NCBI GenBank assembly: GCA_948467875.1
Contig: CAOKFZ010000002.1
Location: 144,462-208,461, forward strand
Source: an uncultured Clostridium sp.
Lineage (GTDB): Bacteria > Bacillota > Clostridia > TANB77 > CAG-508
Direction of reading: 5' to 3'
Length of the DNA: 64,000 nt
The notes under the pieces were generated by a model. That model made no database searches, was not told the DNA's origin, and saw only the letters and a program-made list of their open reading frames with translations. Position numbers and translations under genes: made by a program. Positions 47,655 through 57,560 of the stretch are shown piece by piece (positions within the stretch are counted from its first letter, which is position 1; every line of letters starts with the position of its first letter).

Positions 47655-50066
47655 ATGAAGAGAAACAGTGAAAATGAATTATTGCCAAAGGATTTGAAAG
47701 ATATCTGTAATCCCAACTCATTGGGATTTGAAACCACAAAAGAGATTGAGGATACTTCTAACTTGATTTATGGTCAAGATAGAGGTTTAAAAGCGTTGGA
47801 GTTTGGAATTGATATTGATGTAAAAGGTTATAATTTATACATCGAAGGACCAAGTGGAGTTGGCAAAACGATGTATGCAAAAAAGTATTTATCAGCTAAA
47901 GCTGCTAAAGAAAAAACGCCAAATGATTGGTGCTATATTTATAATTTTGAGGACCCAAATGAGCCAGTTGCGATTTCTTTTCCGGCAGGGCAAGGAAAAA
48001 TTTTCAAAGAAAATATGGAAAGTTTTGTGAAAGATATTCGCAAAGATATCAAAAAAACGTTTAATAATGACGATTTTGAAAAAGAGAAAAAAGTGATTAA
48101 GCAGGATTTTAATGATAAAAAGGAAAATTTGTTAAAAAAATTAAATGATAAAACCATGAAGCAGGGCTTCCAGATTAAGTCAACAGATAATGGCATTTAC
48201 ATGATGCCGATTTATCAAGGAAAAACGATTGCAGAAGAGGAATTTGAAAATTTGCCAGATGAAGTCAAAATTGAATATGAGCAAAAATCTTCTGAAGTGC
48301 AAGAATTAATTTTTGCAGCTCTTGCGGATATTAAAACAATTGAGCGTGAGTCTGATAAGAAAATTGAAAGCTGGCAATCGAATGTGGCGCTTATGACGGT
48401 TAATATGCAAATAAATGCCTTAAAATCAAATTATAAAAGAAATAAAAAAATTAGCACGTATTTGGATGGCGTGAAAAAAGATATTTTGAAAAATATTGAT
48501 TGCTTTTTGGCAACGGAAGAAGAAACTAAGACAGATGCTCAAAATCAACAGCAACCAAAACCTCAAGAATTGAGACAACCATGGCTGAATTATCGAGTGA
48601 ATCTTTTTATTGATAACAGCAAGCTAGAAGGTGCGCCAGTGGTAATGGACACGAATTATTCGTACAATAATATTTTTGGGCGATTAGAATATGAAAATCA
48701 TTATGGTATGCTAAAAACGGATTATATGATGTTAAAGCCAGGACTTTTGCATGAAGCAAATGGTGGTTATATTATTTTTCAAATGAAGGATTTGTTGGCA
48801 AATCCAGCTTGCTATGAGGCTTTGAAAAAGGCGCTACGTGTGAAAGAATTGGCAATTGAAAATGTGGCAGAACAGCGCAATTCCATGGTACTGATTTCAC
48901 TCAAACCAGAGCCAATTAAGTTGGATTTGAAAGTGTTATTAGTTGGAAATGCGAATATGTATCACACTTTGCTGATGATGGATGATGACTTTAAAAAGTT
49001 GTTTAAAATCAAGGTTGAGTTTGAAGAAGCGGCCCCAAAAACAAATGAGAATATTATTAAATTAACGAAATTTATTAAAAGTTTTTGCGAGCAAGAAAAT
49101 TTACTAGATTTGGATAAAGAAGCGGCAGCAAAAGTAGTTGAGTTTGCTTCTAAAATTTCAGGAGATAAAAGTAAAATTTCAACCCAATTTAGTGAAATTG
49201 GAGAAATCATTGGGGAGGCTTCTACTTGGGCAAAAATTGCAAAAAGCAAAATTGTGACAAAAGACCATGTGCAAAGAGCGCTTGATGAACGCGTAAACCG
49301 TATCAAAAAATATGATGCGAAATATATTGAAATGATACAAGAGGAAACTTTGCTGATTGAAACACAAGGCTATAAAGTAGGACAGATTAATGGTTTGACA
49401 GTCATTACTGTGGGGGATTATTCATTTGGAAAACCAAGTAAAATTACAGCCAATACGTATATGGGCAAAAGCGGCATTGTGAATATTGAGAGAGAAATTG
49501 AGATGTCAGGTTCTTCGCATTCTAAGGGGGTTTTAATTCTTTCAGGTTATTTGGGAGAACAATTTGCGCAAAAAATGCCACTGGCTTTGACAGGTAGCAT
49601 TTGCTTTGAGCAGTTATATGGTGGCGTAGATGGAGACAGTGCTTCTAGTACCGAAGCGTATGCGATATTGTCTAGTTTGTCAGGAATTCCGATAAATCAA
49701 TCGATTGCGGTAACTGGTTCTGTCAATCAAAAAGGAGAAATTCAACCAATTGGTGGCGTGAACGAAAAAATAGAAGGTTTTTACCAGATTTGCAAAATGC
49801 GTGGTTTTAATGGAGAGCAAGGGGTTATTATTCCAAAGCAAAATGTTCGAAATTTGCATTTGTCAGATGATATTATTGAGTCTGTAAAACATGGAAAGTT
49901 TCATGTTTATGCGGTAGGGACTATTGATGAGGGAATTGAAATATTAACTGGAGTACCTGCTGGTAAAAAATCAAGAGATGGAAATTTTCCAAATGGTTCT
50001 GTGAATTATTTGGCGTTAGAGAAATTGAAAAAATATTCAAAAGCAGCTAGCAATATCGAAAGATAA
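47655..50066 (+). CDS. Lon-like AAA+ protease (AAA_32 + Lon_C type, no N-terminal Lon domain)
   Basis: ATG after GGGGGAG. Walker A is GPSGVGKT. The C-terminal S16 domain reads GSSHSKGVLILSGYL...DGDSASSTEAYAILSSLSGIPINQSIAVTGSVNQKGEIQPIGGVNEKIEGF (Ser-Lys dyad region). Confidence 0.85.
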   Translation: MKRNSENELLPKDLKDICNPNSLGFETTKEIEDTSNLIYGQDRGLKALEFGIDIDVKGYNLYIEGPSGVGKTMYAKKYLSAKAAKEKTPNDWCYIYNFEDPNEPVAISFPAGQGKIFKENMESFVKDIRKDIKKTFNNDDFEKEKKVIKQDFNDKKENLLKKLNDKTMKQGFQIKSTDNGIYMMPIYQGKTIAEEEFENLPDEVKIEYEQKSSEVQELIFAALADIKTIERESDKKIESWQSNVALMTVNMQINALKSNYKRNKKISTYLDGVKKDILKNIDCFLATEEETKTDAQNQQQPKPQELRQPWLNYRVNLFIDNSKLEGAPVVMDTNYSYNNIFGRLEYENHYGMLKTDYMMLKPGLLHEANGGYIIFQMKDLLANPACYEALKKALRVKELAIENVAEQRNSMVLISLKPEPIKLDLKVLLVGNANMYHTLLMMDDDFKKLFKIKVEFEEAAPKTNENIIKLTKFIKSFCEQENLLDLDKEAAAKVVEFASKISGDKSKISTQFSEIGEIIGEASTWAKIAKSKIVTKDHVQRALDERVNRIKKYDAKYIEMIQEETLLIETQGYKVGQINGLTVITVGDYSFGKPSKITANTYMGKSGIVNIEREIEMSGSSHSKGVLILSGYLGEQFAQKMPLALTGSICFEQLYGGVDGDSASSTEAYAILSSLSGIPINQSIAVTGSVNQKGEIQPIGGVNEKIEGFYQICKMRGFNGEQGVIIPKQNVRNLHLSDDIIESVKHGKFHVYAVGTIDEGIEILTGVPAGKKSRDGNFPNGSVNYLALEKLKKYSKAASNIER

Positions 50067-50081
50067 GGAGGTTGTTGATAA

Positions 50082-52016
50082 ATGGATGCTAAATTAACAA
50101 AAGAAGAACTGAGTTTTGTTTCACATTTTAAAAATGAGAAATTAAACTGTGTAAATCAGTGGTTGAGTTCCGATTTGGAAAAAGCAAATCCTGCGGAATA
50201 TACAGAGCAAAATGTGCGTGATAATTTTGAATTAGTGAAAAAAATAAATGAACTCATGCTTCGCTTTTTTCATCATGAACCAAAAAAAGAAAAACAGATT
50301 TTTTATAAAGCGGCTAGTATGGCTGAAATTGATAAATTGAAAAACACTTCTGAAATCAACCAATTTTTATTGGCAAGATTAGACCAAGCCAAAGCAGAGG
50401 AAGATTTGGTGGGGATTTTAAACCGACCAGTGTTACTACAAATTGAACTAGCAGAGGATATTCCAGTTTTGCCAATGCAAGAAGAATTATCGGTTATGAT
50501 TTCGCCTTTTACAAAGATCGATTTGTTAGAGGAAATGCAAGAGAGTAAGGAAGATAAGAAAATATATCAGTTGGTTTTAAGTGGGCAACAAATGAAGCTT
50601 TTGGAAGAGTGTAATGAAAAAGAATGGCTGGAGACAATTTGCAAAAGTACGAATTCTATTTTTGAAAAGATAAAAGATTGCTTGGATGTTGATGAAGAAA
50701 ATGCAAGCAATTATGAAAATATCAGAAAATTGGAGCAATTGCTTGCGAAGCACAGTTTTGCCATGGAGCAAGAAAATTATGAAGCCGATACAACCGAAGA
50801 GGAACGTCAAAGTGATTTAGATAATATTGCTAGGATTAATTCTGAGCTAACTTCACTCAAAGAAATGGTGGCAAAAAATTTTAATAATAAATTGAAAAAT
50901 ATGCAATTTATCACAGATTGGAAAAATGATGTTTTGACTTATTTGAGAAGTGAATTTGCAGAATTGGCACAGCAAGGCGAGAAGGAAGAATTGCCAGCAG
51001 AAAGTAGCGCAGAAGAGACAGAACAAGAGCCTGAGAAGAAAGTGTATCAGCCAACTGGAAATGAGAAAATTGATGAAGTCAAAGCAGATTGTTTGGAAAA
51101 TATTGCAGTTGTGAATACGCTTCTCAAAAATATCAAAGAGTTAATTGCTAAGCAGCAAAATCATGCGAGAATTGCTGAAGCGTTGGATTCCAATTATAAG
51201 GCTTTGAACAATGCTTTTGAAATGAAAAATTTTGCGGAAGTGCTAGACAATTTGGTAAAAGCGATTTCCGATAAAGTGGATTTGATAACAGATGAAAATG
51301 CGGAAGAATTAGAACAAATTTCAAAAGTGAATTTGCAGGTGAGTATTTTGCTCAATTATTTGAATAATGCCAAATCGGCGGTAAGTAAGAAAATAAACCG
51401 TTTTGATGAGATGAATATTATTGAAGAAAATGAATTGAAAAAGGAAATTGCGGAAACGATAAAAAATATTCGATGTGAAGCAGAACTAAAGAAACTAAAT
51501 GATGATTTGGATATTATTGAAGACAAAAGCAATCTGAAAAAATTTTTGGGGAAATTTACGGGTCGTGACAAGATTGATAAAACTATGCTTGACCAGATTA
51601 AAGTAAGGCAGACAGCCATTCGTAAAAGTTTTAGGAACAAAATGCCACTGGCTTATAATTATAGCATTCATGAACTGATTGCTGAAATTGAGATGTTTAT
51701 TAAAGAAAACAAAGATGACGAATTAGTGTTAGAAGATGTTAGTCTTTTGAGGAAAATTAAAGATACACTCAAGAAAAATTTTGTGATTTTGGACAGTAAA
51801 GTCATTAGTATTATGGATCAAAAAACGGGAAAAAATTTGCCACTTGCTTCCAAAAAAGTGAGTAAAAAGGAATTGATTGAAATAGATACATATCGTTTTT
51901 TGAATCGTTATGGTTATGACAAATCATATAATCAAAAAGAGCCAGATTATCCAGATACGATGGCAAGTGAAATTAAGCGAATTGTAGATTATATCAAAAG
52001 TAGTGATATTTTATAA
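50082..52016 (+). CDS. Hypothetical 644-aa protein: degenerate ART-like N-terminus plus a long coiled-coil region
   Basis: ATG 15 nt after the lon-like stop codon, preceded by AAGGAGG. See the finding for the motif reasoning. Confidence 0.6.
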   Translation: MDAKLTKEELSFVSHFKNEKLNCVNQWLSSDLEKANPAEYTEQNVRDNFELVKKINELMLRFFHHEPKKEKQIFYKAASMAEIDKLKNTSEINQFLLARLDQAKAEEDLVGILNRPVLLQIELAEDIPVLPMQEELSVMISPFTKIDLLEEMQESKEDKKIYQLVLSGQQMKLLEECNEKEWLETICKSTNSIFEKIKDCLDVDEENASNYENIRKLEQLLAKHSFAMEQENYEADTTEEERQSDLDNIARINSELTSLKEMVAKNFNNKLKNMQFITDWKNDVLTYLRSEFAELAQQGEKEELPAESSAEETEQEPEKKVYQPTGNEKIDEVKADCLENIAVVNTLLKNIKELIAKQQNHARIAEALDSNYKALNNAFEMKNFAEVLDNLVKAISDKVDLITDENAEELEQISKVNLQVSILLNYLNNAKSAVSKKINRFDEMNIIEENELKKEIAETIKNIRCEAELKKLNDDLDIIEDKSNLKKFLGKFTGRDKIDKTMLDQIKVRQTAIRKSFRNKMPLAYNYSIHELIAEIEMFIKENKDDELVLEDVSLLRKIKDTLKKNFVILDSKVISIMDQKTGKNLPLASKKVSKKELIEIDTYRFLNRYGYDKSYNQKEPDYPDTMASEIKRIVDYIKSSDIL

Positions 52017-52075
52017 AAATTTCTAGAAATAAAATCAAATAAACAGAATATAATAATAAAAAAGTGTAAAAAGAC

Positions 52076-52104
52076 TTGAAATTTTTTTGAAATATTGCTA
52101 TAAT
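52076..52104 (+). promoter_or_regulatory. Sigma-A-like promoter of the glycan cluster
   Basis: TTGAAA (52076-52081), 17-nt spacer, TATAAT (52099-52104). Confidence 0.6.
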
Positions 52105-52153
52105 TAAAATAAGAAGATATTATTTTGTAGAAAACTGCCAAAAAGGAGAAGTT

Positions 52154-53380
52154 ATGAAATATTTGTATATATTACAACAGGCTTTGATTTGGATTATTAC
52201 GATTTATTGGTTGTATCAAATTGTGATAAGTTTCTGTTCTTTAATTAAATTAAAAGACAAGAAATTAATAGTCAATAAAAATCATAAATTTATGGCAATT
52301 ATTCCTGCCCATAATGAGGAAGCTGTTGTCGCCAATTTAGTGGAAAGTTTGAAAGCACAAGATTATCCACAAGATTTATACGATATTTATGTCATTGCGG
52401 ATAACTGCACAGATAATACAGCAAAAGTGGCTGAAAAAGCAGGGGCTATTGTGCTAAAAAGATTTGATGAATTGCGAAAAACAAAGGGGTTTGCTTTGAA
52501 TTGGTTTTTGCAACAAAAAATCAAAGAAAATGCAGATTATGATGCTTTTTGTGTGTTTGATGCAGACAATATTGTGGATAAGAATTTCTTGAAAAGTATG
52601 AATAAAAAGTTATGTCAAGGGGAAGAAGTAGTGCAAGGTTACCGTGATATTAAAAATCCGACAGATTCTTGGATTGCTTCAGGTTATGCGATTTTTTATT
52701 GGATGATGAACAAATTTTATCATTTGGCAAGATATAATTTAGGGCTATCTCCTTTGATTAACGGAACAGGTTTTATGGTAAAATTTGATATTGTTAAACC
52801 AAATGGCTGGAACACAGTTACTTTGACAGAAGATATTGAATTTTCGCTTATTAATATTGCAAATGGGAGAAAACTAGGATGGGCAACGGATGCGATTGTT
52901 TATGATGAGCAACCAGTTCGTTTTGCACAAAGCTGGTCTCAACGTTCTCGTTGGACGGTTGGTCATTTGCAATGTATGAAATATTACACAAAAGAATTAG
53001 CGAGTGGCGTCAAAAAATATAAAACTTTGATGAATTTTGATGGTTTGTTATATATGTTTGGTATCCCAATGATGATTTTGACATTTTTATTGTTAGGCGT
53101 AAACACATTAATGTATGTGGGGGCCGAAATGTCACTTTTGGATTTAGTTATGAATTATGTGAGATATTTGGGAGCAACGTTTATTTTGCCAATCGGAACA
53201 GCAGCAATTGTTATGGCTTTGGATAAAAGAGACATCAAATCAATGGCAGTTGGACTTTTATGTTATCCATTGTTTTTAGGCTCATGGATTTTGATTAATA
53301 TAAAATGTTTAATTAAACCGAATACAAAATGGGAGAAAATTGAACATGTAAGAGATGTAAAAATTAATGAAGTGGCGTAA
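52154..53380 (+). CDS. Processive family-2 glycosyltransferase (membrane-embedded beta-glycan synthase type)
   Basis: AIIPAHNEE, DADN, LTEDIEFS and QRSRW give the D,D,D,Q(R)xRW signature. TM helices sit at the N- and C-termini. Confidence 0.85.
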   Translation: MKYLYILQQALIWIITIYWLYQIVISFCSLIKLKDKKLIVNKNHKFMAIIPAHNEEAVVANLVESLKAQDYPQDLYDIYVIADNCTDNTAKVAEKAGAIVLKRFDELRKTKGFALNWFLQQKIKENADYDAFCVFDADNIVDKNFLKSMNKKLCQGEEVVQGYRDIKNPTDSWIASGYAIFYWMMNKFYHLARYNLGLSPLINGTGFMVKFDIVKPNGWNTVTLTEDIEFSLINIANGRKLGWATDAIVYDEQPVRFAQSWSQRSRWTVGHLQCMKYYTKELASGVKKYKTLMNFDGLLYMFGIPMMILTFLLLGVNTLMYVGAEMSLLDLVMNYVRYLGATFILPIGTAAIVMALDKRDIKSMAVGLLCYPLFLGSWILINIKCLIKPNTKWEKIEHVRDVKINEVA

Positions 53381-53385
53381 AAATA

Positions 53386-53413
53386 AAAATCGAGCAGAAG
53401 TTTGCTCGATTTT
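53386..53413 (+). terminator. Intrinsic terminator inside the glycan cluster
   Basis: aaaatcgagca / tgctcgatttt 11-bp perfect stem running into a T-tract. Confidence 0.8.
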
Positions 53414-53432
53414 ATTGTAAAGGAGAAAATAA

Positions 53433-54338
53433 ATGAACAAAAAGGTGGCAGTATTGATTTCAACTTACAATGGAGAAAAATATTTAAAAGAACAGTTTGA
53501 TTCTATTTTAAAGCAAACTTATCCTAATATTGAAATTATTGTCCGAGATGATGGCTCGAAGGATTCAACTTTGGAAATCATCAAAGAATATCAAAAAAAG
53601 CATAGTAACATTATTTTACAGGAAGGTGAGAATTTAGGATTTTTAAGAAGTTTTTTTAAGTTACTAGAATTTGAAGATGCAGATTATTTTGCTTTTTGTG
53701 ACCAAGACGACATTTGGCTTGAAAATAAAGTTGAATTGGCTGTGCAAAAATTGCAAAAAGCAGATGAAACACTGCCTAATATGGTTTTTGGAAATTCAGA
53801 TTATTATGATGAAAACATGAATTTTATCGGAAAAGGAGAAGAGCATAAAACTTTTTCTTTTAAAAATTCGTTATATGAGTGTGTGGCGCAAGGCATGACC
53901 ATGACAATTAATAATGAGGCTAGAAAAAAGATTTTGGCAAATATTCCAGAAAAATGTTTGTTTCACGATTGGTGGACCTATATGATTTGTAGCGGAATGG
54001 GAAATGTTTTTTACAATGATGATACGGTTGTGAAATATCGTAGACTTCCTAAAAATGCCACAGCAGAGGGACAAGGAATTTTTAAAATATTGGTTTGGCG
54101 AATTCAAAAATTATTAGCAGGAGACGGCATGAAGAATATTCGTGCCCAGCAAATTGAATTTAAAGCGAGATTTTATGATAAAATGACAGAAGAAAATCGA
54201 AAAATATTGGATATCTTTGTGACAGAAAAATATCATTTTGGCAAAGCAATCAAAAAGGCATTTTATCCACATAAATTGAGAAGAAAAATTGTGGACGATT
54301 TTTTAGTACGTTTCTTATTTTTATTTGGCATTCTGTAG
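53433..54338 (+). CDS. Family-2 glycosyltransferase (soluble, WcaA/rhamnosyltransferase-like)
   Basis: VAVLISTYNGEKYLKEQFDSILKQTY...RDDGSKD...FCDQDD. Confidence 0.85.
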   Translation: MNKKVAVLISTYNGEKYLKEQFDSILKQTYPNIEIIVRDDGSKDSTLEIIKEYQKKHSNIILQEGENLGFLRSFFKLLEFEDADYFAFCDQDDIWLENKVELAVQKLQKADETLPNMVFGNSDYYDENMNFIGKGEEHKTFSFKNSLYECVAQGMTMTINNEARKKILANIPEKCLFHDWWTYMICSGMGNVFYNDDTVVKYRRLPKNATAEGQGIFKILVWRIQKLLAGDGMKNIRAQQIEFKARFYDKMTEENRKILDIFVTEKYHFGKAIKKAFYPHKLRRKIVDDFLVRFLFLFGIL

Positions 54339-54358
54339 GGGGCACGGGGCACCGTGCC
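54335..54358 (+). repeat. REP-like GC-rich palindromic element, copy 3 (its GTAG contains the stop codon of the GT gene)
   Basis: GTAGggGGCACGGggcaCCGTGCC, with a perfect 7-bp stem. Confidence 0.8.
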
Positions 54359-54391
54359 TAAGATAAAGGAGGAAAATAGAAAGGACAAAAT

Positions 54392-55645
54392 ATGACAAAC
54401 GAGAAAAAAATATTTTTGAAAAATTTTATATGGAATATTGTAGGCACTGGCTTAAATTCTTTTAATTCGCTATTTTTCTTAATTATTGTAACACGTATCA
54501 ATGGCATGAATGATGCAGGAATTTTCTCGATTGCTTATTCGACAGCGCTGATTTTGTACACGATTGGGCTCTATTCAGGAAGACTATGCCAAGTAACTGA
54601 TATTGAAAATAAGGTAACAGATAAAGATTACATAATCAATAGAGTTTTGAGTTGTGTGACGATGATAATAGCAGGAGTTGCTTTTGTTTTTGTCAAACAA
54701 TATGATTTTTACAAAACAGGCATTTTCATGCTGCTTTGTGTATATAAAGCGACAGAAGCATTTGCCGAGATTTTATATGGCATTATGCAAAAAAAAGAAC
54801 TGCTTTACCAATCTGGAAAGTCGCTTACAATGAAGTCGCTAGGTGGTTTGATTTTGTTTTTAGGAATTGATTTGTTAACACAGAATTTAATTTTAGCAAT
54901 TGCAAGTATTATTATGTTAAATTTAATTGTAATTGTTGTTTTCGATTTTCTATTGGTTAGTAAAAAGTTAATTGATTTTACGACAAAAGTAAATGGGCGA
55001 AATGTTTGGCATATTTTTCAATCAGAATTTTTTGTATTTGCGAATTCTTTTGCAGGAATTTATGTTTTAAATGCGCCGAAATATGCAATTGATACGTATT
55101 TAACAGAAGATGTGCAAGCGATTTTTGGTTATATTATGATGCCAGCAACGGTCATTACGTTGTTTACCCAATTCATATTTATGCCATATTTGAACAAATT
55201 GAAAGAATTGTATGAACAAAGAAATATGAAGGAATTTAAGGCGATTGCTTTGAAAATCAAACTTGCTATTGTCGCATTTGGCGTGTTTGCAAGTTTGGCG
55301 GCATTTGTTGTGGGACCAGAAGTGCTAAGCCTAATTTATGGAGAAGAATTAACGCCTTACCGTATCCATTTAACAACAATTATTGCTGCCTATATTTTGT
55401 ACGGAATTTCGTATGTCAACTTGGTTTTGCTAACCACAACGCGAAATACGTTTGTGCAATTTGTAGTATATTTGCTGACGATGTTAGTGGCATTTATTGG
55501 CTCAAATTTGCTAGTAAAAAGTTTGCAAATCAATGGAGCAACGATTTCAGTTGTCATAACATTAGGCATTCAATTCGCTTTGTACACGATTGTGACAAAA
55601 ATAATTTTTAAGAAAATAGAAAAGGAGTATGAAGTAATATGTTAA
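54392..55645 (+). CDS. Oligosaccharide flippase (Wzx/MOP superfamily-like)
   Basis: 417 aa with multiple TM helices, in a polysaccharide-cluster context. The family call is made by eye. Confidence 0.7.
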   Translation: MTNEKKIFLKNFIWNIVGTGLNSFNSLFFLIIVTRINGMNDAGIFSIAYSTALILYTIGLYSGRLCQVTDIENKVTDKDYIINRVLSCVTMIIAGVAFVFVKQYDFYKTGIFMLLCVYKATEAFAEILYGIMQKKELLYQSGKSLTMKSLGGLILFLGIDLLTQNLILAIASIIMLNLIVIVVFDFLLVSKKLIDFTTKVNGRNVWHIFQSEFFVFANSFAGIYVLNAPKYAIDTYLTEDVQAIFGYIMMPATVITLFTQFIFMPYLNKLKELYEQRNMKEFKAIALKIKLAIVAFGVFASLAAFVVGPEVLSLIYGEELTPYRIHLTTIIAAYILYGISYVNLVLLTTTRNTFVQFVVYLLTMLVAFIGSNLLVKSLQINGATISVVITLGIQFALYTIVTKIIFKKIEKEYEVIC

Positions 55646-56511
55646 AACCCACTCAAATTTTCCCAATTGGAATTGGCACTTTTAAGCTCGATTTAGAAAA
55701 TCCGCAAAAAACATTGCAAGCGCTTTTGCATTCCTTTGATAAAGGACAAAATTTTATGAGCACAAGTTTGCTATATGATAATGGAAAGGTAGTAGATTTT
55801 TTGCAAAAATTTTTTCAAGAAGTGAAAAAAGATGAACTGTTTTTGAGTTGTCATTTGGAGAAAAATGTAGAGAAAAAAGAGGATGTTGAAAAACAACTAG
55901 ATGAATATTTACAAAAAATGAAAATTGATTATGTCGATAGCTTGCAAGTTCATTTGCCTCATAGTATGAAAATGCCATTGTTAGAAATTTATGAAGAAAT
56001 GGACAAGTTGGTAAAAAAGGGAAAAGTGAGGTTTTTGTCTGCTAGTAATACCACATTGGAGCAGTTAAAAGAATTACAACAAAATTTCAAATTGGTTAGT
56101 TTTGAAGGGGTATATAATTTAGAATGTAAGTATTATGAAAATGTTGGGGTGATGGAATTTTGCAAACAAAATGAGATTCAATTTGTTTGCTATCAGGCCC
56201 TTAGAAGAAACAATATTGCAAAAATGAATCATCCTTTTTTAGTTAAAATGGCGGAAAAATATAATAAAACACAAAATCAAATTTTGCTCAATTGGTTAGT
56301 GAAGGAAAAAGGAGTTAGCACGCTGATTAAAACAAACACGATTCAAAATATAGAGAGTAATCTGGAAGCATTGGATTTTGCAATGGAGAAAGAGGATTTG
56401 GAAAGTTTGAATGATTTTCAGGACGAAAGGTTTCATCAAATAGAAATTGACTGGAAAAACCAAGGTGGAGTTTCTATTGACCAATTGGCAAATCAATTTA
56501 AAATAAATTAA
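55639..56511 (+). CDS. Aldo/keto reductase
   Basis: IGIGTFKL...FMSTSLLYDNG...IDYVDSLQVH is the AKR pattern. 290 aa. Confidence 0.75.
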   Translation: MLKPTQIFPIGIGTFKLDLENPQKTLQALLHSFDKGQNFMSTSLLYDNGKVVDFLQKFFQEVKKDELFLSCHLEKNVEKKEDVEKQLDEYLQKMKIDYVDSLQVHLPHSMKMPLLEIYEEMDKLVKKGKVRFLSASNTTLEQLKELQQNFKLVSFEGVYNLECKYYENVGVMEFCKQNEIQFVCYQALRRNNIAKMNHPFLVKMAEKYNKTQNQILLNWLVKEKGVSTLIKTNTIQNIESNLEALDFAMEKEDLESLNDFQDERFHQIEIDWKNQGGVSIDQLANQFKIN

Positions 56512-56530
56512 TTTTGAAAGGGAGAAGGAT

Positions 56531-57526
56531 ATGAAAATTTTAGTAACAGGTGGTCTAGGATTTATAGGCTCTCATATATGTGTAGAGCTATTGAAAAATA
56601 GTCATGAAGTTGTGGTTGTGGATAATTTATATAATAGTAAACTTGAGGTCGCAGACAAAATCGAAGAAATTACAAAAAAGCAAGTGAAGGTTTATGTTGG
56701 AGATTGTGCAGACGAGGAATTGATGGATCACGTATTTTCTGAAAATACGATTGACAATGTCATTCATTGTGCTGGTTTAAAGGCGGTTGGCGAATCAGTT
56801 CAAAAGCCAGTTTGGTATTATCAGACGAATTTGGGAACTACTTTGAATTTGCTAAAAGTCATGCAAAAACACGAAGTGAAAAAAATCTTGTTTAGTTCAA
56901 CAGCAACGGTGTACGGTGTTCCAGCCACTGTGCCAGTAGACGAGACATTTGAAGTTGGGAAAACAACGAACCCTTATGCGACTTCAAAGTACATGATTGA
57001 GCGTATTTTGGAAGATGTTTATGAAGCTGATAAAACATGGAGCATTGGAATTTTGCGTTATTTTAATCCAGTAGGAGCGCATGAGAGTGGCTTGATTGGA
57101 GAGGAACCAAACGGAATTCCGAATAATTTGATGCCTTATATTTTGAAAGTTGCCAAAGGGGAATTGCCGATTTTAAACGTGTTTGGCGATGATTATGATA
57201 CACCAGACGGCACAGGTGTGAGAGATTATATTCATGTGGTGGATTTGGCGAAAGCGCATTTGAAAGCAGCTCAGAAATTGCAACAAGTCGCAGGAATTGA
57301 GCGTTATAATATTTGTACAGGCGTGGGTTACAGTGTTTTGGATATTATTCATAATTTTGAAAAAGCAAATGGAATTAAAATTCCATACCAAATTGCGCCA
57401 AGAAGAGCAGGAGACGTGGCGGCTAGCTATTCAAGTCCAGCAAAAGCGGAAAAGGAACTTGGTTGGAAGGCAGAAAAGAATATTGAAGATATGTGCAAGG
57501 ATGCTTGGAAGTTTGCTGCGCAATAA
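56531..57526 (+). CDS. galE: UDP-glucose 4-epimerase
   Basis: MKILVTGGLGFIGSH, the YATSKYMIE (YxxxK) motif, and RYFNPVGAH. Confidence 0.92.
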   Translation: MKILVTGGLGFIGSHICVELLKNSHEVVVVDNLYNSKLEVADKIEEITKKQVKVYVGDCADEELMDHVFSENTIDNVIHCAGLKAVGESVQKPVWYYQTNLGTTLNLLKVMQKHEVKKILFSSTATVYGVPATVPVDETFEVGKTTNPYATSKYMIERILEDVYEADKTWSIGILRYFNPVGAHESGLIGEEPNGIPNNLMPYILKVAKGELPILNVFGDDYDTPDGTGVRDYIHVVDLAKAHLKAAQKLQQVAGIERYNICTGVGYSVLDIIHNFEKANGIKIPYQIAPRRAGDVAASYSSPAKAEKELGWKAEKNIEDMCKDAWKFAAQ

Positions 57527-57560
57527 GCACACGAGAAAGATTTATGAAGGAAATAGTTTG

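Noticed and set aside
57297-57560. Upstream 88-codon extension of the third GT2 ORF overlapping galE
   Set aside because: The extension overlaps the conserved 3' end of galE in another frame. The GT2 fold starts at [12 protein letters not shown] (ATG 57561), which has a GAAGGAAA SD-like sequence upstream.
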